Position numbers and translations under genes: made by a program. A model generated the notes under the pieces. It did not search any database. It was not told the origin of the DNA and worked only from the letters and a program-made list of their open reading frames with translations. From an uncultured Candidatus Saccharibacteria bacterium (GTDB taxonomy: Bacteria > Patescibacteriota > Minisyncoccia > Phycocordibacterales > UBA918), in NCBI GenBank assembly GCA_964638425.1, contig CAZWYM010000001.1:74441-138440 (forward strand): DNA of 64,000 bases, written 5' to 3'. Below are positions 40,895-49,404 of this stretch, in pieces (within the stretch, counting starts at the first letter, position 1; the number at the start of each line of letters is the position of its first letter).

Positions 40895-41626
40895 TTAAAT
40901 GTTCTCAAGTACGGCGCGCAATTCGTCACGCACGCTATTGAAATCAGATATTCGTGATGACTCAAGTATCTTACCCTTCGGCAGATCGTCACCGAGTGGG
41001 TTGACTGGAGCACCATTTTGAAATAATGCATATTGCAAGTGGGGTCCCGTTGAGATTCCAGTGGACCCTACATACCCGATTATTTCCCCCTGTGTAACCT
41101 GACTGTCGCGCTTCAATTCAGCTGCAACCTTTGAAAGGTGTGCATACTGACTCTTATAACCATTTGCGTGTGTTATCTCAACACTCTTTCCGTATGCATT
41201 GTCTTTCCATCCAGCAAGTGAGACTGTTCCGTCAGCAGTTGCATATACAGGGGTGCCTTCAGGTGCACCATAATCAAGTGCTCGGTGTGGCTGCACAACA
41301 CGAGTCACGGGGTTCACACGACTTTGACTGTATCCAGAGGTAATAGCACCAAACGCGAGAGGTGTCCGCAAAAATGATCGGGCAAGCGCGATTCCTGATT
41401 CGTCATAATACGCTCGTTCATCACCTTCACCAAACAAGAATGCCCAGTAATCTGTATCACCGAGTCGCGCACGTGCAGCGATAATATTTCCATCACCTGC
41501 AGATACACCATTGAGAGAACGCTGTTCGTAGACCATGTCAATCCAGTCACCTTGTGCGACATCAGCAGCAAAGTCAATGTCCCAACTATACAGATCTACC
41601 AGATTCATAATAGTATTGTCACTCAC
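40895..41626 (-). CDS. M23 family metallopeptidase (LytM domain)
   Basis: HRALDYGAPEGTPVYA and HLQYALFQNG (HxxxD/HxH motifs). Confidence 0.8.
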   Translation of the reverse strand: MSDNTIMNLVDLYSWDIDFAADVAQGDWIDMVYEQRSLNGVSAGDGNIIAARARLGDTDYWAFLFGEGDERAYYDESGIALARSFLRTPLAFGAITSGYSQSRVNPVTRVVQPHRALDYGAPEGTPVYATADGTVSLAGWKDNAYGKSVEITHANGYKSQYAHLSKVAAELKRDSQVTQGEIIGYVGSTGISTGPHLQYALFQNGAPVNPLGDDLPKGKILESSRISDFNSVRDELRAVLENI

Positions 41627-42147
41627 CCCTGATCAAGGGCGTCTAAGTAAAATATTCCTGTAATGGGAACTTTCACGACTCGAGTCGTTACATCGTAGGA
41701 GATTGGCTCTGTCTTTGCCAAAAATCCATCCACGGACCGCTCAATAACGAGTAGGTTCTCTTCGTCGAGAGGATATTCAACCGCAGCGAGTACCTTTTCT
41801 GCAAAAACTACCCTGAGCACACGCCCAACTTGGATCTTGTTGAAGTCATAGATATCTTGTACTGCGTCAAATATTGTGCGTGCATCTTCCTTTTGAACAT
41901 CTAACTCTTCTAACACCGTATAGAATGTGTCATCAGAGCTGATAGGTCGTTCCACGACTTTAATAGTAGACGATGAGACTTCATCACCTCGTGTAGTTTC
42001 TCTAGCGAGAGTAGTTTGTGTGGTAGCATCGGTAGTATATGACAATGGTGATACATCGAACTTTGAGTACACATATCCAAAAATCAGAAACACCACTATC
42101 CCGACAAGAATAATGAGACTGAAATGTGTGCGTTTAATAATTTGCAT
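41623..42147 (-). CDS. membrane-anchored protein resembling the N-terminal region of M23 peptidases (possible split gene)
   Basis: ATGA overlap with the M23 ORF; TM plus linker region. Confidence 0.45.
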   Translation of the reverse strand: MQIIKRTHFSLIILVGIVVFLIFGYVYSKFDVSPLSYTTDATTQTTLARETTRGDEVSSSTIKVVERPISSDDTFYTVLEELDVQKEDARTIFDAVQDIYDFNKIQVGRVLRVVFAEKVLAAVEYPLDEENLLVIERSVDGFLAKTEPISYDVTTRVVKVPITGIFYLDALDQG

Positions 42148-42790
42148 AATACTTTATAGTTGCCTTTTCGGTGATATCAGCAACCCACTTTTGCGCTTCT
42201 GCCTGAAACTTCTCTTGTTTCAACTGCTCTCCGACTTGGGTTTTTACATCTTCAAGACTTACATCCTTCGGTGGAGTAATTTTATTTTCAGTGATGTACG
42301 CATCTATCTCTTCGGGAGAAACCTGCACTTTCGTTGCCAAGAGTTTCTCAAGCTTTAATTGTGTTTCCAACTGTGCACGCAACTGATCCATAGTCATTCC
42401 CTGTGATGCAAGCGCGTCCTCAAGTGTGCCTCCCTGCGTAGCGACCTGCGCTTCAATTTCCTTTATTTTTGTATCAACGGCACTCGTCTCAATGGTGATT
42501 CCGTTCTTTGCAAGCTCCGTTTCGATAAGTTTTTTATCTACCATTGCCTCAAGCGCTTGTTTGCCGCCTTGCTTTTCAAGTTCCTGTATAAGTGCTAACC
42601 GACTAATGGGACTGCCGTTCACGGTAGCCGCCACAAGAAATCCGTTGGAAAAAAGTAGTGAAAGCACAACAGCGAGAACTGCCGTCCCTAATGCAATTAG
42701 AAGCAATTTAGATTTTTTGAATTTAAAACTCATGTAGCCAGTTTTCTCCTGTGGTACAACTACGGTTTCTGATGCAGTACTGTTTTCCAT
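42134..42790 (-). CDS. SurA N-terminal domain-like periplasmic chaperone
   Basis: TM/signal, then VNGSPISRLALIQELEKQGG...; helical chaperone-domain pattern. Confidence 0.5.
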   Translation of the reverse strand: MENSTASETVVVPQEKTGYMSFKFKKSKLLLIALGTAVLAVVLSLLFSNGFLVAATVNGSPISRLALIQELEKQGGKQALEAMVDKKLIETELAKNGITIETSAVDTKIKEIEAQVATQGGTLEDALASQGMTMDQLRAQLETQLKLEKLLATKVQVSPEEIDAYITENKITPPKDVSLEDVKTQVGEQLKQEKFQAEAQKWVADITEKATIKYYANY

Positions 42791-42804
42791 ATTATGTGTG
42801 ATGA

Positions 42805-43551
42805 TTAGTTTTTAAGAGCCCCCTCTAATATCTTTTTGAAATCTTCATATCCTCTTGGATTTTCTATCTTTTTGCCGTTAAGGAAAAAAGATGGAGTGCC
42901 TTGGATATTTAGCTTTATCCCAGCGTTCCTGTCGCGTTCAATGCGGTCTTTAACCTCCTGTGATAACACGTCTTGCTTAAATTTCTCCATATCAAGGCCA
43001 AGTTGTTGCGCATATTCCTCAAAAATCTTTGGTTCGGGAGTTTTCTTTTCGCCCCATGCACTTTGGTTTTCAAAAACCATATTGTACATTTCCCAATATT
43101 TTCCTTGTTTGCCCGCAGCCTCTACAGCTGATGCGGACGTCATGCTGTTCCTATGGCTCGGAATTGGGAAATATCTGCTGACAAAGGCTACCCTGTCGCC
43201 ATATTCCTCGGTCAGGCGCTTAACAAGAGGGAAATACGCTCCACATGCCTCACATTCAAAATCAAGATACTCCACCAAAGTTACTTTCGATTCTTTGTTT
43301 CCTTTAATCCAATCATCAGTCTTGATGGAAAAAGGGTCACTTGTAGGAGTGGGAAGAGTAGTAGTAGGTTGCAATGACCTAAGTCCAATAATGCCTCCAA
43401 TACTTGCTACCGCAACAAGTGTAATTGCCACTATTTTAATCCATTTTGTAGCCGTCCCTGAATGATGTTGTTGAGTCTTTGCAAGTTGCTTTTCTTGTCG
43501 ACGCAGTTCTCGTCGTTCGCGTTTTGTGAGTTGCTGATTTTTCATGTTCAT
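42805..43551 (-). CDS. DsbA-like thioredoxin-fold protein, membrane anchored
   Basis: CxxC motif CEAC in a thioredoxin-like context. Confidence 0.7.
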   Translation of the reverse strand: MNMKNQQLTKRERRELRRQEKQLAKTQQHHSGTATKWIKIVAITLVAVASIGGIIGLRSLQPTTTLPTPTSDPFSIKTDDWIKGNKESKVTLVEYLDFECEACGAYFPLVKRLTEEYGDRVAFVSRYFPIPSHRNSMTSASAVEAAGKQGKYWEMYNMVFENQSAWGEKKTPEPKIFEEYAQQLGLDMEKFKQDVLSQEVKDRIERDRNAGIKLNIQGTPSFFLNGKKIENPRGYEDFKKILEGALKN

Positions 43552-43571
43552 GCGTACCTCTGTATGATTAA

Positions 43572-44645
43572 TTATTTTAATTTTCCCGGTTCGACTGCAC
43601 GGTCGTATCTTCGTCCATCAAAAATGATTGTCGGGATTTTAATGGTTTGAATTTGCTCTTCTACAATTAACTTCTGTCGAATGAGACTGGCCTTTACTGT
43701 TTCAGAATTTGACTCTTGTCGGATTTCATTGAGTTGCGATTCCGAATATCCAATATCGATAAGCCATGAAAGAAGTGTATTTTCAGCCTCCGTTGCGGTA
43801 TAGACCGTATTAAATTTAATTTGATACGCCACATTGTCAGAGTCTTTGCCGGTAAAAATCTTTTCTAGTATTTGCCAATCAGTAGGTATGTTCGCGTTCG
43901 CCAACGGGTATCGTTTCATTGCCTCTAAATAACTCGCAATGAGCCACGAGTGTGGAAACCTGTATCCATCAGACTGCATTGAATCGGGTATCGGATATAC
44001 TAAATAGGTAAGATTGTATCTGTCGGCAAACCCTGTTTCTTTGATGTTGCCAAATAATTTTGCGCAAAACTTGCAGCTCGGATCAATGACCTCCAATGCT
44101 GTCGATTTATTTTGGTCGAACGGCTTGTAATAGGTATTTGAATTTACAACAAACTCTTCCGCATTCCATGTTTTTAGTCTGTTTGGAATTCTACTGACGG
44201 TTTCCCCGAATGTGAGTACACCGTCTTTTACCCACGCAATTACATTTCCCTCCTTGAGAGAAAGCCAAAATCCTGGCTTACCAGAAGTTACACCACATCC
44301 TGCACCTGCTAATGAGCACGACTCTGGATTGTTAGGGTTGCAGGTATCGTAGACGAATAGATTGAGACCACTGTTCAGTACCACCACAAGGCTCCATACG
44401 CTCAAAATCACAAAAGCCCATGCAAAAGTATTGGCCCAGCGGTCGATGTACTTGGCCAATCTCGGTCGTGTGAGAATAAATTTTCCCATTAGTCTACTCT
44501 TTATCTCCTCCTGTACACTTATATCGCACGGTTTGAATGTGAGTTTTCGAAGTACGCAACCCCACGCTTTTTTAGCCAGAGTCCGATAGGATGCTGAAAA
44601 GACACCAAGAATTCCAAAAATTACAAATGCAACTATACAAAACAT
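43572..44645 (-). CDS. membrane protein with thioredoxin-like C-terminal domain (CKFC)
   Basis: Two TM helices, loop cysteines, C-terminal DPSCKFCAKLF. Confidence 0.45.
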   Translation of the reverse strand: MFCIVAFVIFGILGVFSASYRTLAKKAWGCVLRKLTFKPCDISVQEEIKSRLMGKFILTRPRLAKYIDRWANTFAWAFVILSVWSLVVVLNSGLNLFVYDTCNPNNPESCSLAGAGCGVTSGKPGFWLSLKEGNVIAWVKDGVLTFGETVSRIPNRLKTWNAEEFVVNSNTYYKPFDQNKSTALEVIDPSCKFCAKLFGNIKETGFADRYNLTYLVYPIPDSMQSDGYRFPHSWLIASYLEAMKRYPLANANIPTDWQILEKIFTGKDSDNVAYQIKFNTVYTATEAENTLLSWLIDIGYSESQLNEIRQESNSETVKASLIRQKLIVEEQIQTIKIPTIIFDGRRYDRAVEPGKLK

Positions 44646-44651
44646 AGAAGT

Positions 44652-45860
44652 TTAAGAATGAGCAATTATTGCTTTAAGGATTCCAGTAAATTTTTCAACT
44701 TGTTCCTTGGTATTGTGTAGTCCCAACGAAACTCGCACGAGTGGCGGATGATCTTTTAGGTTTTTCAGATAGTAGTGACAACAAAAGTAACCGCTTCGCA
44801 CCATGATGTTCTGGGATGAAAGAAATATGGCCAAACGATGAGCATCAATTTTTTCAGAATAGAAACTCACAATAGGTGCGGGTTTAGTGTTAACCAGTTT
44901 GATTGTTGGTATTTCAGTCAATGCATCAAACAGGAGCTTAGATACGTTTTCCTGATGGACGTCTTTGTTCTGATTTTCAGGTCGGTAACTTTCATACCAC
45001 TTGATTGCTGCACCTAGGCCGATAATCCCAGCAAAATCTTGCAGACCTATTTCTAGACGACTATGCAGGTCTTCGTCGGATGAAACAAGAGAATAGTTAC
45101 TCAACGCTACATCTTCAACCATTCCACCACCAATAAAATTGATATCCAATTCTTTTACGAGCGAGCGTTTAATAACTATCACGCCAAGACTGGGTCCATA
45201 GAATTTATGACCAGAAAAGAATAGTGCATCAAAGTCACATGCACGCAAAAACTCTTTCTGGTGGCTTATCCCTTGTGCCGCGTCTATAAGGACAATGCCA
45301 CCGTCTTTGTGAGAGTCATTAGCAATATCTTTCAAGTTACATAGTTCTCGGCCGTCGATGTTTGACATGCTATTTAAGACAGCGACTGCTCCTGAAAGAT
45401 TGCTTGGGTCATATTCTAGTGACCCGTCTTCTTTCCGAGGTAAAACTATTCTTGGTATGTGCAACCTTTTTGCAGTCGCAATCGTCGAAAGAAAAACAGA
45501 GTTATGCTCAATCTCGGATGTAACAATCTTTCCGAATTTCGGTGGTAACTGACCAAGAACAAGATTAATGCCGTACGTGGTGTTGAGTGTAAATGCTACG
45601 GTATATTCTGAACTTGACTTGCCCAAAAATGTCAGTATTTGCTTTCTGGTTTCATTAATTTTCTCATCCACCTTGATACCCCAGTCATATTTTACCCGAC
45701 CCCCACAAGCATTGTATGTAAGGAAGTATTCGACCACTGCGTCAACAACTGGTTGAGGTCGCAATGTTTGACAGGCTGAGTCTAGGTATATCAACTTTTC
45801 GTCCAAATACTGAAAACCTTCCACTCCCGTTAACGTTTGACGTGCTTTGAATAACTTCAT
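44652..45860 (-). CDS. class V aminotransferase / cysteine desulfurase family (SufS/CsdA-like)
   Basis: PLP-lysine motif SGHKFYGP. Confidence 0.75.
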   Translation of the reverse strand: MKLFKARQTLTGVEGFQYLDEKLIYLDSACQTLRPQPVVDAVVEYFLTYNACGGRVKYDWGIKVDEKINETRKQILTFLGKSSSEYTVAFTLNTTYGINLVLGQLPPKFGKIVTSEIEHNSVFLSTIATAKRLHIPRIVLPRKEDGSLEYDPSNLSGAVAVLNSMSNIDGRELCNLKDIANDSHKDGGIVLIDAAQGISHQKEFLRACDFDALFFSGHKFYGPSLGVIVIKRSLVKELDINFIGGGMVEDVALSNYSLVSSDEDLHSRLEIGLQDFAGIIGLGAAIKWYESYRPENQNKDVHQENVSKLLFDALTEIPTIKLVNTKPAPIVSFYSEKIDAHRLAIFLSSQNIMVRSGYFCCHYYLKNLKDHPPLVRVSLGLHNTKEQVEKFTGILKAIIAHS

Positions 45861-45877
45861 ACAAGGTAATGTGCCAC

Positions 45878-46651
45878 TTACTTACTCTGCAGAGCAGCAT
45901 CAATTTGTTGCTTTATTGATGCAAGTGGTTGTGCACCATTTATAGGAGACGTTTTTCCGTTTGGCGCAATGATAATACTCCATGGCGTACCTCTACCACC
46001 TGTCGCAACGGCATTAGCAATTTCACTTTGTATATGCTCGTCATACTTTCCGCTTTGTCGACACGTATTGAATGTACTTGTATTAAGTCCGATTTCACCT
46101 GCAATTTGTGGGATGACTGTTTCGATATCAGTGCGATTATTGCTGAGTGTCAGTTCGAAGTACCTATCAGCGAACTTCCAGAACATATCGTTGCCTCCTT
46201 GCTCGTTTGCGCATTCAGATGCCACCGCTACAGCCTGTGCTTTTACAGGATGTAATTGTTCAAGTGGGAATTGTCTAAATACCCACGCGACGTCACCTGA
46301 AGCTTTGTACGTATCCATAATCTCATTCATCGTATTGTGGAACTGCTTGCAGAAGGGGCATTCGAAATCAGAATATACAACAATTTTCACCGGAGCATCA
46401 GGATTCCCTTTGATATGATCTTTTTCTGTCACTTTCGCCACAGCAGTTGTGTTGTCGGCTTGTTGCTCAATACCTTGCGCGATTGGATTTGTGTTTTTCT
46501 GTGGTGATGTTGATGTTGTACCACCGTTTAAAAGAACCGCACCAGCAATCAATCCACCTGCAATAACTACGGCAATTGGCATGAGATACGGCTGTATCCC
46601 ACGAGTCAGTTTCTGTGTTTGCGATTGTGTTTGTGTATTATTATCGTCCAT
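45878..46651 (-). CDS. DsbA-like thioredoxin-fold protein, membrane anchored
   Basis: CPFC motif (DFECPFCKQFH). Confidence 0.7.
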   Translation of the reverse strand: MDDNNTQTQSQTQKLTRGIQPYLMPIAVVIAGGLIAGAVLLNGGTTSTSPQKNTNPIAQGIEQQADNTTAVAKVTEKDHIKGNPDAPVKIVVYSDFECPFCKQFHNTMNEIMDTYKASGDVAWVFRQFPLEQLHPVKAQAVAVASECANEQGGNDMFWKFADRYFELTLSNNRTDIETVIPQIAGEIGLNTSTFNTCRQSGKYDEHIQSEIANAVATGGRGTPWSIIIAPNGKTSPINGAQPLASIKQQIDAALQSK

Positions 46652-47027
46652 ACCATTTGTTTAACCACTCTTTCATCAGCGTTATCTCTGATGTTTGAGT
46701 ACTTATAATATCTTCCGCCTCTTTTTTGATTTCAGGTCGCTTTGTCGCAGTGACTACTGCTTTTGCCATATTGACTGCCCCTTCATGGTAGGCAATCATA
46801 CCTTCAAGAAAAGCAATGTCTTGTGCTTCGCCACTTTTTGCTTGCAATTTCTCGGCCGCTTCTGTCAATGTGACGTCCTTCTGCATTTTTCCATACACTT
46901 CAGATGGGGCTGTGGCTTCGGTTAGTGAATCTGTGATGTCTTCTGTATCTGAATCCAACATAAAACCACTCCCAATTCCTACCGTAAATGCCAACACTCC
47001 AATGATACCCACTACTTTTATAGACAT
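46641..47027 (-). CDS. DUF305 family protein
   Basis: MIAYHEGAVNMA motif. Confidence 0.6.
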   Translation of the reverse strand: MSIKVVGIIGVLAFTVGIGSGFMLDSDTEDITDSLTEATAPSEVYGKMQKDVTLTEAAEKLQAKSGEAQDIAFLEGMIAYHEGAVNMAKAVVTATKRPEIKKEAEDIISTQTSEITLMKEWLNKWYGR

Positions 47028-47089
47028 ATCTACAAAAAACTACACGGATAATGACTCTCAATATGAAGAGAATCAAATATTCTGTGTAG

Positions 47090-47500
47090 CTAAAAAAGCT
47101 TTGGGTTCAAGATGCCTCTTGAGAAAGATTCCTTGAGATAATTATAGGTGAATTGATTTTGAGTCGGAGAAAAATATTTCCGCAACGATACAATTATGCG
47201 AGGGGGATTGAAAAAATTATGAAGTGCTTTTGAGCCAAAGAATAGCAATAAACAAATGAGAAGCATCAGTGGAAGCGTCTCTGATGTTGCGGTAAACATA
47301 TGTTGCCACGCTTCTATATGCTCGATAGGGTTCATGGTACATACCACCGCAGTTTGATTCATGAGTGGACAACCGAATATGGGCATATCCATAGTGCTCA
47401 TATTTTTTACGTGCCCATACACAAAAAGTAGCGGAACAAAGAAAGAGAGGAGAAAGACTATCCCTATTACTTTTTTTACAAATGATGTCTTAGAAAACAC
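47090..47500 (-). CDS. hypothetical membrane protein with Met/His/Cys-rich segment (possible metal binding)
   Basis: HVKNMSTMDMPIFGCPLM...VCTMNPIEH. Confidence 0.35.
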   Translation of the reverse strand: MFSKTSFVKKVIGIVFLLSFFVPLLFVYGHVKNMSTMDMPIFGCPLMNQTAVVCTMNPIEHIEAWQHMFTATSETLPLMLLICLLLFFGSKALHNFFNPPRIIVSLRKYFSPTQNQFTYNYLKESFSRGILNPKLF

Positions 47501-47544
47501 TTCATAAGTATAGCAAATAATCTTTAAATTAAAACACGTCTCAC

Positions 47545-48285
47545 TTGAGTTTGTTTTTTAAGAAACAAGGGTGGGTGCTACAATATCTCAATATGGAGTC
47601 TGTATATGTTGCTGTTGCATTTACAGCTGGTTTGTTACCAGCTCTTTTTTGGTTATGGTTCTGGTTACGTGAAGACAGTTACCATCCAGAACCAAAAAGA
47701 CTGATCGCGTCGGCATTCATAACAGGTATGCTTATTGTTCCACCAGTCCTTTATTTAGAAAAAGAGGCCATGGCACTCTATACCGATAACTCTCTTGTAG
47801 TTGTTTGGGTAATGATTGAGGAAATTTTGAAATATTCCGGTGCACTTATTGTTGTATTATGGAATAGAGCTGTTGATGAGCCGATAGACACCATCATTTA
47901 TATGATTTCTATAGCACTCGGTTTTGCTGCGCTTGAAAATGCACTGTTTATCTTTAATCCACTTTCGTCAGGAGAGTACACCAATGCCCTGATTACAGGA
48001 AGTTTTAGATTTTTGGGATCAACTCTACTCCATACGCTTGCCTCTGGAACTGTCGGAATCTTTATGGCTTTAGCTTTTTACAAGAGAGACTTCATAAAGA
48101 TATTCTTGGCCACATTTGGGCTACTTGTTGCCATTATCTTACATGCATTGTTCAATCTTTTTATAATGGATGCAAGCGGACAAACTGTATTGGTAGTATT
48201 CATGTTTGTGTGGATCGGTATTGTTATTTTAATGCTTTCCTTTGAGATTGCTAAAATGATAGAAAAAAAGCATCGACTGAGCTAG
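47545..48285 (+). CDS. prsW: PrsW family intramembrane metalloprotease
   Basis: EEILK, FAALENALF and HTLASG motifs; multiple TM helices. Confidence 0.7.
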   Translation: MSLFFKKQGWVLQYLNMESVYVAVAFTAGLLPALFWLWFWLREDSYHPEPKRLIASAFITGMLIVPPVLYLEKEAMALYTDNSLVVVWVMIEEILKYSGALIVVLWNRAVDEPIDTIIYMISIALGFAALENALFIFNPLSSGEYTNALITGSFRFLGSTLLHTLASGTVGIFMALAFYKRDFIKIFLATFGLLVAIILHALFNLFIMDASGQTVLVVFMFVWIGIVILMLSFEIAKMIEKKHRLS

Positions 48286-48296
48286 TGGCACTAAAA

Positions 48297-48323
48297 AACC
48301 ATCCAAAAATGGATGGCTTTTTA
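48297..48323 (+). terminator. rho-independent terminator after prsW
   Basis: aaccatcc aaaaat ggatgg followed by ctttttag. Confidence 0.55.
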
Positions 48324-48411
48324 GTTTGGATACTGCTCTCAGCAGGTATGCCATTTCAGAATAGTCCTCGGGTGGTCTCGACGCGTCTCGTGCGCGATAA
48401 CCTACCTCGAG

Positions 48412-48486
48412 TTGGCTGCCAGACTTGGACTCGAACCAAGATAACATCCTCCAGAGGGATGCGTCCTACCATTAGACGATCTGGCA
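48412..48486 (-). tRNA. tRNA-Gln (anticodon CTG), CCA encoded
   Basis: Hand-folded cloverleaf: acceptor TGCCAGA/TCTGGCA with U1:A72 and G73, D-stem GTCT/GGAC, anticodon stem CATCC/GGATG with loop CTCTGGA, T-arm CTTGG TTCGAGT CCAAG. Confidence 0.8.
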
Positions 48487-48722
48487 GCGCTTTGAACAAA
48501 CAATATTTTCTTTCAACCGAACGAATGAAGGCTGTATGGTTTCCATACCATTAGACAAGAAGACGAACTGGCAATGGAAACGCTCGACGTGGGTCGAGCG
48601 AGAATAGCCTATCATATTTTAGTGAGCTACTCTAGCTCCTATATGGCGGGTTATTAAACTTAGGTGTTATCTGGATTGTCCTGTATACTCCTGTGTCGTT
48701 TAGTAGCTAAGTATATATACAT

Positions 48723-48854
48723 ATGACAGACGAAACTAAAGAAGTAGTCGGAGAAGCGGTTGCTACAGAAACAGAGACTCCAGTTGAAACAGCAGAAGTT
48801 GCTTCTGAGGTTGTAGCTGAAACAGCAGAAGTTGTTGTTGAAAAGGCGGAATAA
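48723..48854 (+). CDS. possible 43-aa acidic small protein with internal ETAEV repeat
   Basis: ORF below the track's length cut-off, followed directly by a strong terminator. No obvious SD. Confidence 0.25.
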   Translation: MTDETKEVVGEAVATETETPVETAEVASEVVAETAEVVVEKAE

Positions 48855-48868
48855 CTTCCGTTTTGCAA

Positions 48869-48906
48869 CGCACGAAAAAACACCCCTTGGGGTGTTTTTT
48901 CGTGCG
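48869..48906. terminator. bidirectional rho-independent terminator
   Basis: cgcacgaaaaaacacccc ttgg ggtgttttttcgtgcg. Confidence 0.7.
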
Positions 48907-48923
48907 TTCTTTAGTCGTTCCTA

Positions 48924-49196
48924 TTACGCCTTACTCTTCTTGAAACAATCGATACACTTCAAGTTCGATGTATCGCGTGGAGAAAATGGGAGTGAGGTAA
49001 TCGCAGCACTGCATCCACTACACTTCCAGTCACCTTCGAAGCGCGGCTTATCTCCTCCTTGTGTCTTTGGAGCAGTACTTCCCTTTCCCTTTCCGTGACA
49101 GTCGCGACAGAGGAGTCCGTCGGTGCGTCGTGGTTCAAATGGTAATTCAGTAATTGCTGAGTTACATCCGCTACATGTCCAATTTCCTTGATGCAT
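48924..49196 (-). CDS. tandem zinc-ribbon small protein (two CxxC-x17-CxxC units)
   Basis: Two repeats of WxCSGC...ITxLPFxPR...LxCxDC. The overlapping ORF at 48959..49252 is judged spurious. Confidence 0.5.
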   Translation of the reverse strand: MHQGNWTCSGCNSAITELPFEPRRTDGLLCRDCHGKGKGSTAPKTQGGDKPRFEGDWKCSGCSAAITSLPFSPRDTSNLKCIDCFKKSKA

Positions 49197-49404
49197 AATC
49201 TAAACTTATTTCGTAAGTCCTCTAGTATACTCCCCTCCCTGCGATGATACAAAAGTGCCCCTTAATAGGGGCGTAAATACTACTTTTTTTGAAAAACTAA
49301 AAAATTGCTTTAGATGCGAGGCAGACAAAGAATTTGAAGTGAAACGTACATAGGTACGGTGAGCTTCAAACTACTGCAGTCTAACGACGCAGATGAAGTG
49401 ATTT

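Noticed and set aside
43572-44645. Possible VKOR-Trx fusion
   Set aside because: Only two TM helices are evident, whereas VKOR needs four; the loop cysteines alone are insufficient. Kept as a generic thioredoxin-like membrane protein.
48959-49252. 97-aa minus-strand ORF overlapping the zinc-ribbon gene
   Set aside because: Alternative frame of the same region; the zinc-ribbon frame has a clear duplicated CxxC motif structure, this one has none.
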